DNA of 63,965 nucleotides, the filler included, from Octopus bimaculoides (lineage: Eukaryota), in the NCBI RefSeq assembly GCF_001194135.2. It is 11 parts of 9 records of this genome, joined end to end, with 100 filler letters (N's around TTAATTAATTAA, not from the genome) between each part and the next. Parts side by side here need not be neighbours in the genome. Positions count along the whole stretch, not along the records: positions 62,948 to 63,965 come from NW_026425276.1; 10 more parts are not named here. One strand, written 5' to 3'. Under the pieces are notes generated by a model. It saw nothing but the letters and a program-made list of their open reading frames with translations, did no database searches and was not told the DNA's origin. Shown in pieces: positions 63,263 through 63,965 of this stretch. Position numbers and translations under genes: made by a program. How positions within the stretch are numbered: the first letter of the stretch is position 1; every line of letters starts with the position of its first letter.

Positions 63263-63464
63263 TGTCTTTGTGCCTCTTTGTCCCCAACCACCACTTGACA
63301 CCCAGTGATGGTATGTTTACGTCCCCAAAACTTAGCGGTTTGGCAGAAATGGGCAATAAAATACATACTAAGCTTTAAAAAAAATAAGTCCTATGGTCGA
63401 TTTGTTCAAAGTAGTACTCTAGCATGGCTGTAGTCAAATGATTAAAACAAGTAAAAGGTAAAAG
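63263..63464 (+). mobile_element. SINE module B preceded by (TA)n
   Basis: tttacgtccccaaaacttagcggtttggcag...aaacaagtaaaaggtaaaag. Confidence 0.7.
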
Positions 63465-63639
63465 ATATGTAAATGCATATATATATATACCTTTACATAT
63501 CTTTTTTTTTTCTCTTTTCTTTATTCTTCTCTTCCTGTTTTTGATTTGACCTTGTATTTACATTTCCTACTTTTAGATCACTTTAAATAAAACCCTTGAT
63601 TCAATAGCACTGTGTACAAACTCTATACTTAGAATGACC

Positions 63640-63945
63640 AATTTTAAATACTATTGGATTTTACTCACAAGGTATTGGAATCTTATATGTATACCATTCT
63701 GCCTAAATAATGGATCTACAAATGCAATATCCCTACGTATCTCATATTTATTTTCATTCCTCCACTTCACTCTCTATTTCGTATCTTATCTAAATTAACT
63801 ATTGCTTAACTATTTTCTCACACTGTCTCTGAGGAAGGGATATAATAAATATCCTGGAAACAGCTGTAAGACCTTCTATTTATAAATGTTCTAAAATCTT
63901 CACAGCCTTGGTTTTTTTATCTCATTCTGAAAAAAATTTTATATT
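63640..63945 (+). mobile_element. Family E hammerhead-bearing repeat, ending at (TA)n
   Basis: Reverse complement of 45470-45727 with a short internal insertion; followed by (TA)n to the window end. Confidence 0.85.
63825..63872 (+). ncRNA. Minimal type I hammerhead ribozyme-like motif
   Basis: gtct CTGAGGA a gggatat aataa atatcct g GAAAC agct GTA agac: 4-bp stem I, 7-bp stem II, palindromic ACAGCTGT stem III, GUA triplet. Confidence 0.65.
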
Positions 63946-63965
63946 ATATATATATATATATATAT

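Noticed and set aside
63459-63505. Short hairpin aaaagatatgtaaa/tttacatatctttt around (AT)n
   Set aside because: Low-complexity, AT-only symmetry at a SINE tail; likely slippage.

Overview
AT-rich, microsatellite-dense eukaryotic genomic DNA with many assembly gaps; the repeat content suggests an octopus or other coleoid cephalopod (inference, not verified). The only host coding sequence I can support is two consecutive + strand exons of a clan-3 (CYP3A-like) cytochrome P450: 46073-46193 (H-I loop) and 47672-47829 (I-helix), joined in frame across a 1478-nt GT-AG intron. The rest is probably intronic and made of four recurrent tRNA-headed SINE types, degraded LINEs (CR1-like, RTE, two R4/Dong-like RLE families), a degraded Gypsy pol, a Tigger fragment, Tc1/mariner and hAT MITEs, and inverted repeats. 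Most notable: six minimal type I hammerhead-ribozyme-like motifs in five unrelated repeats. One lies in a tRNA-headed element, one between 80-bp inverted repeats, and two are copies of one family, one of which is attached to a 340-bp palindrome about 150 nt upstream of the P450 exon. The two RLE LINE families appear tied to different microsatellites, (TAA)n and (CATA)n. All folds and alignments were done by eye. Element boundaries are approximate to about 10-30 nt unless TSDs, TIRs or splice sites are given. Most ORFs in the supplied track are artefacts of microsatellites or N runs.
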